A stretch of 60,615 nucleotides of DNA, filler included, from Globobulimina sp. (GCA_003354225.1; 12 parts of 12 records of this genome joined end to end with filler, not necessarily neighbours in it); one strand, 5' to 3'; positions 1-12,263 are shown, counted from the whole stretch's first letter. Program-made: numbers and translations. The notes: generated by a model not told the origin, from the letters alone.

Positions 1-63
1 CGTTACTAAACACAAAATTGAACAATAAACAAACATGCAACACTTATATTTGGTTTATACACA

Positions 64-1580
64 TTATTCATCCTGCTTTGTATCCATATCATCCCCATCA
101 TAATCCTCATCATCATCACCCGCAGAAAATTCCATTTGCTCTTTATCGTGTTCCTCCACAATTTCCCGCAACGAACTTCTCCCATTAAAGTCACCAAAAT
201 TCTCCTCCGACCTAGTTTTGAATCTCTTCAAATCGGGGCTCTGATCCGGCATCACCGGAGGCACCGACTGCGGCACTGTCTGTGCTGTACTGTTACTGTC
301 ACTATTCTGTGACTGTGAGGTGATCGCAGAGGTGATCGTCTTATACAATTGCGACGATATCCCATTCTCGTGTTGTATTTTAATTTGTAATGCAATCTCA
401 AAATTATTTGTATGTAACAATATATTTTGCCATAATTTCTTATGTTTTTCTTGTTTCAATGTATGTGTAATAATATACATGGTCGCATCAATCACTTTCT
501 TCGCATTCACTCTGCTCTTCATCCACTTCCTTTGCGACAATAAACCTTGCAGCAATCTGGCCGGATTCTGTGTCATTATCAATTTCTTATTGGTTATAAT
601 CTGTGCCGCTGCCAAGCAGGGATTTAAATGCACACCAAAACAAAACATAAAATCCCACAATCTCTGCAACTCTGTATAACACAATACAAACAGTCATGAT
701 TTAAGCTTAAACTTTAATTTCTACTAAAAAAACTTTAAGTCACTACAAACTCAAAATGTCGAAATGTCAAAAAAGAATTGTTGCACCTACCTGTGAACGG
801 TTGTGAGATTGCTTGGAATGAGGCCACGAGTGGGAAGAAGTATGTATGTGCCGGTAATGGTTTTAAATGATTAAATATTTGAGTATCACAAATGGATAAT
901 ATATCCCATGATAAATATGAAGCAGCATAGGCACCGATTAAATCCTTCTTTCTCTGTGCAATATCGCTGTAAAAATAGGTTGGAAAGTGTTGATTTATTA
1001 AACAACTAAAAGTCTGAAATGCATCTAATTCGGGCATCACATATAATAGACCCGCTGCGATGGCATCCATTCCTTGGCAGTACGGCTTATTATATCGGTG
1101 TACGAATGAATTTAAAACCCGTACTAACCGCTCTTGGGATACGCGTGAATTATATTCTTCAGATGTTAAAAATGTGCGTTTTGTATCACCGCGTATTTTG
1201 ACATAATAATCTGGTGATTCTGCCTTTTTTATTTGGTTTTTATAATCGTTTGCATCTAAGTTACCAATTCCTAATACTAAGCGCCATAATTTACCGCGTA
1301 AAGTGTCTTCAACGCGGCGTATGGTTGGGAGGGCTCTGCCTATTCGAGTTAGTAAACGTCGTTCGGAAGGTTGGTGTTGTGCTTGTTTATCGTAATTGGT
1401 TTCAGCGATGATATCGTCTTCGGGACAGCTGTATAACAGTATATGTTTCCGTATGTTGACTGCGAAGCGATTTGCGTTTCGGTCTTGTTTTTTTTGAAGC
1501 ATTTCGTAATATTGATTGATCATTTTTTCCAGTTCGTTGTATTGTGTTGATTTTGGGCCTGCGTGACGGTGTGAATGCAT
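64..1580 (-). CDS. BUB2: Bub2/Cdc16-like TBC-domain GTPase-activating protein (2 exons; intron 672-790)
   Basis: TBC motifs LRGKLWRLVLG, IRGDTKRTF and YCQGMDAIAA. Splicing CAG|gtaggt...atacag|AG joins the two ORFs into PFTELQRLWDFMFCFGVHLN, matching the Bub2/Cdc16 LWDFxxxxGxHLN segment. Confidence 0.85.
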
Positions 1581-1824
1581 GTCGAAGCAATGGTTTTAAT
1601 TAGCTTCAGTTAAAGCTGTTTTTTAAAGACTTACAGCACTACAAATGACACTATGTGCTTAGCAAACTCACGCAAACTGTTTGGAAACACTGTATATAGT
1701 ATCATCAAACCAATCATTTTCAAAAGATTGATTTGATTGCCAACAAATTATAAAATACTAAAAGAGTCGTTTTTTATTAAATTAAGAGAAATAATCCCCC
1801 ACACAAAATAAAACAATTGTTTTT

Positions 1825-3229
1825 TTAATAAAAAGAAGGTATAGCAAATGTAATGCCAAAAACAGAAAATATAAAAACTAAAAATATAAATATTGCAATC
1901 TTTGGTTGTTTTGCATCATTATCCGCATAATTACCAGATTCATTTGTATTACCTTTGAATAAATTCACATATTAAATTTCGAATTGTTAACATTTAAGAC
2001 AAATTAAACTAAACTTAAATCAGATATTGATTTTGTATCTTTACTTTCAAATAATTCATTATCCCGATTTTCATCATTATTTCCAACTTCTTTTAAAATA
2101 TTCAATTCATTTCCATTTTCATTTTTTTCTTCTTTACAACTTTCAAATGTTTTTTTATTCAATAATTCAAAAAATTTCGTTCTTAATTGATGATTCTCCA
2201 CAAAATTATTTATCATTTCTTCATTTAATTCATTTCCATTCCTAAAAAACAACCCATCAAATATGTTTTTATTATTTTTTAATTTTTCAAAACATAATAA
2301 ATATTCTTCTTTTTCTGTTTGTTAATTAAAGGTAAAACAAAACAATATACAAAATAAATACATACCAAATTCGGATTTATTCCCACAATCAACCAGTAAT
2401 GAAATACATTTTTCAATATTAATATCAATATTTGTATCCTTTTTATTTTTATTTTCTTTTTGTTTACAATTCTGATTCAATTCATAACATTTATTAGTTT
2501 GCGGTACAAAATGCAACCATTGACATTTTTTTCCACGCGGACAATTTCCAGAGGCAAAATCCCAACACACATCATATAACAACGCTGCATCATTCGCATC
2601 ATCCAAACCACAATGTTGAAACGGACATGATTTCCCTTTGTTACATGCACCATTTTGATAAAATATGCATGGTGTTGATTTCTTTAAATCTGACATTTTT
2701 TTCATTTGTTTATATTTTTGATTGCTTGGTTTTGAATATGGACCACATGTAAATTGTTTAATGTTATTGTTATCGGCATAAAATATTCCTTTCTTGCACA
2801 TTTTATATTTATTTTCGTCATTTTTTAATCCTTTTGCTTTTTCTGTATAAAGTAAACATTATTGTTATTGTATACAAAGTACAAAATGCAAATTAACTTT
2901 TTTGGTGAGTAGCTATATCTTGTTTTGATTCCTATGGTCGTTTTTTAATGTTTTAGTGTCGTTTATTAACGTTTTAACATGAAATATGATAAAAACTAAA
3001 CTTTTGAAATATATAAATTAGTGACAGCAGATATGAATGGAATGGTTAAATTTTTGCTATTTTTAAATGGTTTACTTTGAACAACAAATTTTAATATGAA
3101 CATAAATTCAATGAATGATTTTGCTTTAAATTGATTTATTTTTTCAATGTTGAATTTTTTTAATTCACATTCAATTGTTTCTGGCAATTTGTTCATTTTT
3201 AGCCAGCTAATCATCGTTTGGTTACTCAT
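1825..3229 (-). CDS. Tandem CCCH zinc-finger protein with SAM-like N-terminus and C-terminal transmembrane tail (5 exons; introns 2932-3001, 2843-2897, 2315-2365, 1953-2014)
   Basis: Two C-x7-C-x5-C-x3-H fingers (CIFYQNGACNKGKSCPFQH, CWDFASGNCPRGKKCQWLH). Four phase-compatible GT-AG introns link three listed ORFs, a 34-nt exon (2898-2931) and a last exon ending IAIFIFLVFIFSVFGITFAIPSFY*. Confidence 0.7.
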
Positions 3230-3347
3230 TTTAATGGAGTATCAATAACAGCGATACAGTATTTGTTTGAAAGTATTCGATGGTAGTAGTGGTTGAAGAT
3301 GTGTTTTACTGCAAGTTTTACTGAATAAACGTATTTGTATATCTGCC

Positions 3348-4934
3348 ATGATGCACCCAAAAACAGAAGAACGTATCATTGGTCGTTGGAATATTGGCGC
3401 AACACTAAGCATAGAAAAAGGATATTCATGGATTAAACGTGGACAAGACACCAAAACTGGAAAAATTGTTTCATTAAAATTTTTTCAAAAATCTGATATA
3501 TTATTTGTAAACGAACAATCAAAGCTCATTGAAACCGAATTGAAAGCATTACATCAGATTCGACACCAGAATGTCACAAAGCTTTATTCATATCATTTAA
3601 ATGCAGCGTATCCATTAAGAAAATTTCATTCCGACGACACCCAAAAATATCTTGACACAATATTATTAGTTCAAGAATATAATCCTGGACAGCGGGAATT
3701 ATTTGATTTGTTACATTATGCAACATTTTTCACAGAATCTGTAGCACGAACTTTTTTTAAACAAATCCTTGTTGGATTGGAAGCATGTCATAATTGCAAT
3801 GTTGTGCATGGAAATTTAAAGCTTGAAAGTTTAATATTAGATAAAAATTGTAATGTGAAAATTATCAATACCGGTTTAGCCAAAATCATTAAAACTAGTT
3901 CGAATACAATGAACGCAACAAACGTTACAACTAATTGCTGTAAAGCACCTGAATTATTATCAAACTCGAACTCAAAATATGATGTTAAATGTGACCTATT
4001 TTCTGCTGGTGTTATTTTATTTATTTTATTGACTGGATGTTAAGTACTTTGACACATTTATGAATGCTGCTGTTTTGAAGTGTTTGCACACAGATCAACC
4101 ATTTGAAACAGCTACGAAAAATGATAAATGGTTTAAGCCATTAATGAGAGGAAATATTGATAAATTCTGGAAGTGTCATCAAAAATGTGCAATCGCAAAT
4201 GTTCCAGATGTAAAAGGTACTGTTTCTGTGATATTATAAATTGTGTTTATATAATTATTGCAAAACAAAATAGATTTATTGACACGAATGTTGACATTTG
4301 ATGCTAGCGAACGAATTGATATGGATGGTATTAAGAATCATAAATGGCTGCAAGGTCAAGGTGGTACGTTGAGAAACAATGAGTTAATCACCGCATTATG
4401 CGATAGAAATGTCAGAGCAGAGAAGAAAAGACAACGGGATGTAAGAAAGATTGATGATTTGGCAGAAACAACAAGTTTACATAAAGGAAAAACGAAATGT
4501 ATAGAAACGAGATTGTCAAAATTAAAGATTCAATTATTTCCACGCGAGGAAACGGAGGGAATGTATGGTGATATTTATACATATAATGGCAATGCACTTA
4601 ATTGGTATGATATTTATAATTTAATCGAACAGGCCATTGCGTCGAGGAAGTACCAAGGATATAGTTATTTTGATTGGGGCAAACAATCAGTTATTATGTA
4701 TTAAGTATATACAGTAATTATAAATAATGTTTTTAATATTTATATGATACATATATACAGTTAATAGGTGTAATGCGTGTAGCAACTGCCAAAGGAGAAC
4801 ATATGATAGAATTTTGTATTAAAGTGTTTGAATCCAGACTATGGAAAGACAGATATCGAGCTCTGGAACAGGCGGATGAAATAGTTGAAAGCAAGCAGCA
4901 TAAAATATTTATTGTTCGGATTAATCGAATTAAA
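3348..4934 (+). CDS. CAMK-group Ser/Thr kinase-like protein, predicted pseudokinase, with KA1-like C-terminus; 3' truncated (introns 4039-4093, 4217-4273, 4690-4760)
   Basis: Kinase subdomains are recognisable (VSLKF, KAPE, CDLFSAGVILFILLTGYQPF after splicing), but HRD reads HGN, DFG reads NTG and the Gly-loop is degenerate. Confidence 0.85.
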
Positions 4935-4966
4935 GTTTAGCCCTATTTATATATCCGAATTAATAT

Positions 4967-5066
4967 NNNNNNNNNNNNNNNNNNNNNNNNNNNNNNNNNN
5001 NNNNNNNNNNTTAATTAATTAANNNNNNNNNNNNNNNNNNNNNNNNNNNNNNNNNNNNNNNNNNNN
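4967..5066. other. Artificial contig spacer (44 N + TTAATTAATTAA + 44 N). Identical spacers at 10032-10131, 15097-15196, 20158-20257, 25219-25318, 30279-30378, 35339-35438, 40398-40497, 45457-45556, 50512-50611 and 55564-55663.
   Basis: The same 100-bp string with stops in all six frames recurs 11 times. Intervening contig lengths fall steadily from 4966 to 4952 bp. Confidence 0.99.
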
Positions 5067-5339
5067 GCTATTCTCTACCAAATACAGACCATTTGCATCG
5101 GAGGTATACACGAAAAATGTGACATGAATATACGAGATGATTGCTAACAAAACTAATAACATTACACATAATAAGCAGGGACAGCGTACAATGAATCTGG
5201 CAAAACGTAATGGTTTTAATTCTTCCATTTTCTGTTGTAGCTCTGGTGACATATCTGTCGCAAACTCATTATCTTTACTGGATGGTGTGGGTTGATTTGG
5301 TTCATTCGACTGTTCTGGTGTTGTTGGAGTTGCATTCAT
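5067..5339 (-). CDS. N-terminal fragment of a membrane protein, possibly Patched/Dispatched (RND/SSD) family; 3' truncated
   Basis: ATG 5339 opens a low-complexity N-tail, then FARFIVRCP plus a transmembrane helix, resembling the first TM of Dispatched/Patched-like proteins. Only about 90 aa are visible. Confidence 0.45.
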
Positions 5340-5431
5340 TTTAAAAAGTAATATATTACTTGGAGATGATGGTGTTATTAAAAGATAAAAAAAAAACTTT
5401 TTTTTTAAAACTCTAAAATCCAAAAAAAATA

Positions 5432-8400
5432 ATGTCCAACTTTTACTATGAACTTTTTGGTGAAGCATTTAAAAATGTGGAATTATTACGACATCATTCT
5501 ATTGCATGCAAAAATAAACATTGTCCCACTTGTTCTGTTTGTTTCGAAGCATCGGGAAGAATGACCAAATGTTCGCAGTGTCAGGTAAGCGCTCATCCCA
5601 ATTGTTTAGGATTACGCTGCATTCACTCAAGCAATGCATTCAAATGTGAACCATGCAATGAGTTGCAAGATCCATCCACAATAAAATGTGAGTTATGTCC
5701 AAATTATGGTGGTATTTTAATTCCTGTTCAAGATAAACTCAACCAATGGGTGCATATATCCTGTTCTTTATGGTTACCAAATATTATCCTTTCCAACACA
5801 AACAACAAACTCTATGCCAACATCTCAAACCTAAATACATCGAAAGCCAACAACAATCCCTGTATCCATTGCAATGTATGCACTGGCAAGCAATTATTTT
5901 GTTTAATTTGCGGCATCCATTGTCATGTGACCTGTTGCAGTGACTCCAATTTCTTATTAAAAATGGTGCCGTTGCAACCATACATCCTTTGGGATACGTC
6001 CCGGGTTTGTCTCTGGTTAAAACACTTGAAATTATATTCCCTCATTGACACCTTCAACAAATACAACATTGATGGCTTATCATTAGGTGAATTATCTGCG
6101 AATAACATGCAAAACATATTAAATATCCCATCGCATCAAATCCTTACCTTACAAACTGAAATCAGGAAAATTCAGCAAATAAATCTCAACAATTTAGGTG
6201 CGCAACAATATCAAACTCTGCGTTGTGTCTGGAGTCTATGCGGAAGCCATCGAACTATCCCATTCTCGCAAGCCATGTTCATCAAATTATGGAACAAGAA
6301 TAACATTTCAGTCCATGCCAATGTGAGCAGTGGCAGTGGGAGCAGTGATGAGGAAGCATCCGACGCAGCGGGCGATGATGAAGAGGATGAGCCCAAATGT
6401 ATGGGTTGCGGCGGTACTACGGATGAAGAACATTTCTTGCTATGTGACAATGATTCAATTGCAGAGAAACATGGTGCTCACTTATACTGTTTATCGCCGC
6501 CATTAGCGTCCATCCCCAAACATGACTGGTTCTGTCCTTCCTGCTCGAATACGAAATATATCTCCAAAGCTTGCCTGTATTGCAACTCTAAAATGTATAA
6601 TTTAAATAAAAAAAACCTCATTCACTGCAAGAAATGCAGCAATATCTGTCATTATAACTGTGGCCTCAAAGTAAACGACATTGAGCATAATATGAGATGG
6701 AAATGTCCGCAATGTTTAAATAAGAAAGTCATCAAATTGATGCATAAAAATAACAAATTATTGCTCGCAAACAATACATCGAAATCCAGCACTGTCAAAA
6801 AAAAGAATTACATCAATTGGAATCTATTCGAAATCATCGAAGCCAACGAGCTCTGTTCGGTGGGTCAAAGTTGTAAGAAATATCGGGAGAAAAAAAAGCA
6901 TTATCACTGCAAAGATACGAACTGTGTCACTCGAAATGGAACGCCTTGGTTCAGCGAACGGATAAATTCTGTCGAGATTCACCAACAAAAACACACAAAA
7001 AAAAGCAAATTCAAACACAAAAATAAAACTAGACTTAAACTCAAAATTAAACACAAAAAGTCGCAATTTATAGAGACCGAAAGCGAGAATGAAAATGACA
7101 TGGAAAATGAAACTGAACTGCACTCCGATACTGATATCATCAAAATCCCTAAATATAAAAATAAAAATAACAAATTAGTAGACGAACATCATGGAATATT
7201 GCACACTTTCTTGCAAACCGCCAACAGCGACAACATATCGATGCGGCGGCGAGCTTCCAGTATCAACAAATATATATTAGACCGCACCAACGAGTTCAGC
7301 AAATCCATCATAACGCAATGGATCAAACAGCACCGCGGCGACGAAAAACTGAGCATTTGGTTGCAGAAAGCCATGGTGAAATTAACCAATCCGAAGATCG
7401 AAAATAAGAGCAAGAAAGATGCGGAAAAATTAATCATCGACATATTAGCGGTGATTTCCAAAGCAAAGATCTTGCGCATTGATTGGACGCCGCGCTCAAA
7501 GTTATTAGACATCATCACGAGCATTATAAATAACTCGCGCTTGAATCTGGTGATTATACGCCAGGCGAAACAGTGCAAGTTACTATTCCCTTCGTCGCTG
7601 TTCATCAATAAGATGAAGGCCAAGAAGAAGAGCAATGTGGTGAGCAGTAAACGTGTGTTGAAGTCCAACAGCAAGAATGTATTCGATCCCTGTTTCGAGG
7701 AAGACATGCATCTACATTCGGGTCTGAGTGCTCTGCGTAGCGGCATCTACGATGACGAGGACGGAGGGGAAAGGGGGAGGGAGCAGCGGATCTGTATCAA
7801 GATGAAGGATTTTGTGGCTGGGAAGGAGTTGGATTGGCATGAGATTATCTATGGAAGGTACGGCAGTATAAAGACTGAACACGAGCAGAAGTATAATGTG
7901 GCTGTGACCCTACGGGACGGTGTCAATGATGGCAAGGCATTGAAGCCTGGCTTTGATGTCAATAAATATCACAAGTTGTATGTGGTGGTGGTTGGGGAGA
8001 ATAGGCGGCAGATTGGCGAAGCGGTGGATTCCTATCGACGGATTATTGACAAGATCAAGGAGAGGAACAGGGACCGCTATCATGACCGCGATCGGGAGCG
8101 GAGTAGGAATAGGAACAGGGAGAGGGAGAGAGATAGGGATCGGAAGAAGAGGGACAGAGAGCATAGGTCGAGGGATCGACACCGGCATAGAGATAGGGAC
8201 AGGGATAGAGAGAGGGACAGGGATCGCTATTATGAGAGGCATCGACATCGGGATAAGGATAAGGATAAAGATCGAGATAAAGTTGCGCTTTTTGTGACAT
8301 TTTTTATTGTGTTAATGTACTGATAAGCAATCACAAATTGATTCCATTTGTGATTGCTTATGAATGCGTTGTAGTATATTGCCATAATAACATATGTTAC

Positions 8401-9451
8401 AAAATGTGTTACATAGCATAAGGATAAGGTTGTTGTGGAAGAGAAGGAGACACCAAACGAGATACAAAAGGATGTGTTAGATCCGCGGAAGGTGTCTATC
8501 AATGCACAGAAAGCAGACAAACAAGAGAAGAAAGCGGTGGATATGAAGGAGATATTATGGCTTCGGGTCCAAAGCAACAACAATTTCGGTGATATTGAGT
8601 ATTATTTTTGGAACCGGATCACCAATGAAACCTCGTGGAGTGAGCCTAAACTTTGGAAAGATTATGAGATGGAAAGCAGTGGCAATGCCAATGGCAACGG
8701 CAACGGAAATAGTAACAAGAATGGCGGCATTATGCACTCATTAGAGAGTGTGCTGTCCTCTGCAGATCAACACTTGCAAACTATAATAAACAGCAAAGAG
8801 GATGAAGAACTGGAGGGAGATGACGAGGAGGAGGAGGATGAGGATGTGGATACCAATGAAGACATTGATGTGGATGTGGGAGAGGATGATGCCACCAAAG
8901 AATTGCTCAAATTAACCTCGGAGTTTAATAAAGAAATCGATGATATTGAGATGACAAATAATTCGTTAGGACATCAACTGAACGTAGCTACGGATTACTT
9001 GAATACATTAAAGCGGCAGCAAAATAAAACAGAAAATGAGAGCTCCAATTCGAATATCAATGGAATAAATTTATATGAGTCCTTGTCGCAGTCGGTTAAG
9101 AAAAGAAGGGATATCAGCACCGCTAGTTCGAATTCATCGGCAAAGTCGAAGAGAGCGAGGAAGAAAAGTTTGCGAGAAAGTATATCCTCATCGGACAGCA
9201 CACAGAGTTTGTATGGGTATGATCATGAGGAGAATAGCAACAATAATAAGAGTAAAAGGAATAATAAGCGGGAGAACAAGCATAGGGATCGCGACAGGAA
9301 CAGGAATAGGAACAGGGAGCGAGAGAGGGATAGATCGAGAGATAGAAATAAAAATAATCAGAATAATAATAGTACTCAGCATATTGATGATCGGTCATAT
9401 GGACATAAAGATCGACAACGAAGAAATCATAGGAAATATGACCGACGATAA
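5432..9451 (+). CDS. About 1294-aa multidomain chromatin/RNA protein: PHD-Zn knuckle-ePHD, SAM, two more PHDs, Castor-like zinc finger, TFIIS-N-like helical domain, KH, RD-rich tract, WW (intron 8282-8416)
   Basis: CSVC..CSQC..HPNC, CELCPNYGG..WVHISCSLW (PZP module). WDTSRVCLWLKHLKL..FNKYNIDGLSL (SAM). CMGC..LLCD..HLYCLSPPL..IPKHDWFCPSC (PHD). IIYGRYGSIKTEHEQKYNVAVTLR (KH). YYFWNRITNETSWSEP (WW). Phase-0 intron AAA|gttgcg..acatag joins the two ORFs. Confidence 0.85.
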
Positions 9452-9654
9452 ATGCTCGATGTTTTGCGTTTCTTTGATTTTTCCAATCTTCTTCTTTTTT
9501 TTTTGTATTGTATGTATGCATAGATATTCCCTGACTTACTTGCAACTTTTTTATAACAGGTCAACAGGATAGTTTTTTTCAAGCAAATGGAATCGATATA
9601 CAACAAGTGTGTTACTATTATTTTAGTTTAATATTATAAATATTCGTCGGATTA

Positions 9655-10031
9655 TCAATACATTAAATAGTATAACCACGACAAATAAGAACGATATGTC
9701 CGATATAATGAATTATTTAAGTTTAACATTACAGGAACGATGACTTGTTCCTCTTTGATAAAATGTTTAACAATTAATTGTTCCCACTCTGTGATGGATT
9801 CCTTTATATCATTTATATGAATATTATCACCTTCAAGTTGTTCTGAAATTATTTTTACTTTTTCAAGAAGTGGGATATGTTCTTCTTGCAACGTATGAAT
9901 GTCCAGAAATTTCAAATGATCTCTAAAAAATTGAAACATCATCGAATCCTCGTGATCAGTAAAAAATTCTAATTCGTAGGATTCTTTGTTAAATTTACGC
10001 GAAATTTTAATAAAATTAGTTTGTAGTTTAT
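9655..10031 (-). CDS. Hemerythrin-like (HHE cation-binding) domain protein, C-terminal fragment
   Basis: Frame is open to the contig edge. Helical HHE pattern HEDSMMFQFF..LQEEH..KHFIKEEQVIVP. Confidence 0.6.
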
Positions 10032-10131
10032 NNNNNNNNNNNNNNNNNNNNNNNNNNNNNNNNNNNNNNNNNNNNTTAATTAATTAANNNNNNNNNNNNN
10101 NNNNNNNNNNNNNNNNNNNNNNNNNNNNNNN

Positions 10132-10551
10132 TGGTTGTCAGATTCAGATTTATGGTTTGTGATTAATGATTTATCGAATTCTGTGTTCTATATTATTTAT
10201 GTTATTTTTTTGATAACAAGTGATGTGATGAACATATCATATCCAATTTATTTTAATATTTTGTTAATATTAGTAATTCTGGGCATATCTATATGGAATT
10301 TATACATGTTGATATTTAACGAATTACCAAAATGGTTTTTATATTTAAAAAAAGAAGCATGTTTACAAGTGATTGTGTTTTGCCTTTTGTTTTTATGGAA
10401 TATGTTAATTGGAGATCGAAAGAATAAACATTTTGTATTAATCAGAGCTACAAAGCAATGCAAAGAGTTATTTTATGATGAAAGTAAACAAAGTGGATTC
10501 CCAAATAATTTAGTTATGGATAATGACGCCATTGATTCTCAAAAATTGTGA
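10132..10551 (+). CDS. C-terminal fragment of a multi-pass membrane protein of unknown function
   Basis: Open frame from the contig start with three hydrophobic segments and a polar tail. Confidence 0.5.
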   Translation, partial: WLSDSDLWFVINDLSNSVFYIIYVIFLITSDVMNISYPIYFNILLILVILGISIWNLYMLIFNELPKWFLYLKKEACLQVIVFCLLFLWNMLIGDRKNKHFVLIRATKQCKELFYDESKQSGFPNNLVMDNDAIDSQKL

Positions 10552-10761
10552 GCAATCACCAATTGCAATTAAATGCAATTGTAATCAGTTTTCCATGTTT
10601 AATTTTATAGTTATCTTTCTTTATTATTTTTACCAACTACTACAGTATGCATTGATGGCATATGCATTTGCAGTATAATATATTTACACCACTTGTAATG
10701 AAAATGTAATGAAAAATAGAAAAATTTTTCGTTCGCTTTCAGAGTTTATGTAGCTGATGTT

Positions 10762-11718
10762 ATGGCTGACTGCAATTCCTCTCTAAACATCGTTTTATAT
10801 ACAATCATTATTATCCCATCTGTATTTATTTTGCTATCATCATTGCCCATCATTCATGCATTTGTAAAACAATCATCAAATACATCAACAAAACTATTAA
10901 AATGGTTATTTTATACAGGACTTGCTTTTGTAATATTGTCATTCTTATCATTATTATCATTTACTATAACTCAGTTCATTATGCTTTTTTGTCGCACGTC
11001 ATTACTTAGAATAGTGGTACCTTTATGGTCCTTATGCTATGCACTCCAATTTTATTTTTTGTTGTTGTTTCTATTTATTCGACTAAATGTCGTTTTTATC
11101 GGGACTACATTACAAATACCAACTGCCACAATGCGTTTTTGCACAGCAATATATTGCATACAGCCAATATTGATGATATCGGCAGCCATTATTACCGACG
11201 TGGTGTCAGCTCCGCCAGCAGTTCGCGTTTCATTTCAGATATCGGCATTTTTATCAACCATATTATTGATTATATCGATGACTGTTTTATTTGTTCGCAA
11301 ATTAGTGGCTGTTTATAAAAATGGAAACAGTGATAAACATTTGATAAAAATTGTAAATAAAACAACACTTTTAACACTAATATCAATATCATTCACTGTG
11401 TTGGCTCTGATCGCGGTGGTTTGTAAAACATTAATTCCATCTGACATTGTTAAATTCATTCAAAATATTATTTTATTGGTTGACATGTATTCAAACCTTA
11501 TTTGTGTGGTTTTTTCGATCCAACATTTTGATAAATATTACAGACAATTATGTGGATGGTTGGATGCAAAATGCCAAAAAATCTGGTTTAAATTGGTCGG
11601 GCAGGATCATGTGACGATGATGGTCGATGACATGAATCAAAGCCAAACAGAAATCCAAAGCAGCACCAAGCCATCCAATGATTCGAAGCAAACTGATATG
11701 GAAACATATGAGGTTTGA
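10762..11718 (+). CDS. Seven-transmembrane GPCR-like protein (318 aa)
   Basis: Seven hydrophobic helices by eye, a short N-terminus, and an amphipathic helix-8-like segment (FDKYYRQLCGWLD) before a polar tail. Confidence 0.7.
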   Translation: MADCNSSLNIVLYTIIIIPSVFILLSSLPIIHAFVKQSSNTSTKLLKWLFYTGLAFVILSFLSLLSFTITQFIMLFCRTSLLRIVVPLWSLCYALQFYFLLLFLFIRLNVVFIGTTLQIPTATMRFCTAIYCIQPILMISAAIITDVVSAPPAVRVSFQISAFLSTILLIISMTVLFVRKLVAVYKNGNSDKHLIKIVNKTTLLTLISISFTVLALIAVVCKTLIPSDIVKFIQNIILLVDMYSNLICVVFSIQHFDKYYRQLCGWLDAKCQKIWFKLVGQDHVTMMVDDMNQSQTEIQSSTKPSNDSKQTDMETYEV

Positions 11719-11977
11719 TTTTAAAACATGAACACAAACGACATGTACATATATATTTGTGTCGACTAGTTCGATTTTTGTGTAATTATTATAATAACCT
11801 AATTATTAATGTTTAGGTTACTGTCCTATTATGTGTATTTTATTTTGTTTTATTTGTTTTTTTCCTTTGTATTGTTAAATTTATTCTCACTCGTTTCCAT
11901 GTTGATCAATTTGATTTGTTTGATTTGTCCTTTGGACAGGAAAGGAAATTATGCTGATTACGTTTAGTATTTTTACA

Positions 11978-12180
11978 TTATAACAACATGTTACCCCTAA
12001 TAACATTTTATTTTGTATATGAAATCTCAAAAATAATTTTTTGTTTGAGAAAAGTTATTTTTTTTGTCATCCATAAAAATCATCAACGCCTTCATTTTTG
12101 TATTCATCTATAATATACAAAAATTATTTTTGAGATTTCATATACAAAATAAAATGTTATTAGGGAACATGTTGTTATAA
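11978..12180. repeat. 203-bp foldback element: about 65-bp inverted repeats (11978-12044 and 12117-12180) around a 72-bp spacer; MITE-like or hairpin RNA
   Basis: The reverse complement of the right arm matches the left arm except for 3 extra bases in the left arm. Confidence 0.9.
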
Positions 12181-12263
12181 AAACTGAAAAACGTTTATAA
12201 ATTCAATTCAATGTGTATGCAATATCATGCAAAAATCTTCTGGAGAGTTGTTCTATAAACGTA

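Noticed and set aside
7910-9572. Overlapping alternate-frame and antisense ORFs (IGIG/SLSL/PIPV-rich)
   Set aside because: Shadows of the purine-rich RD/RE low-complexity coding tracts.
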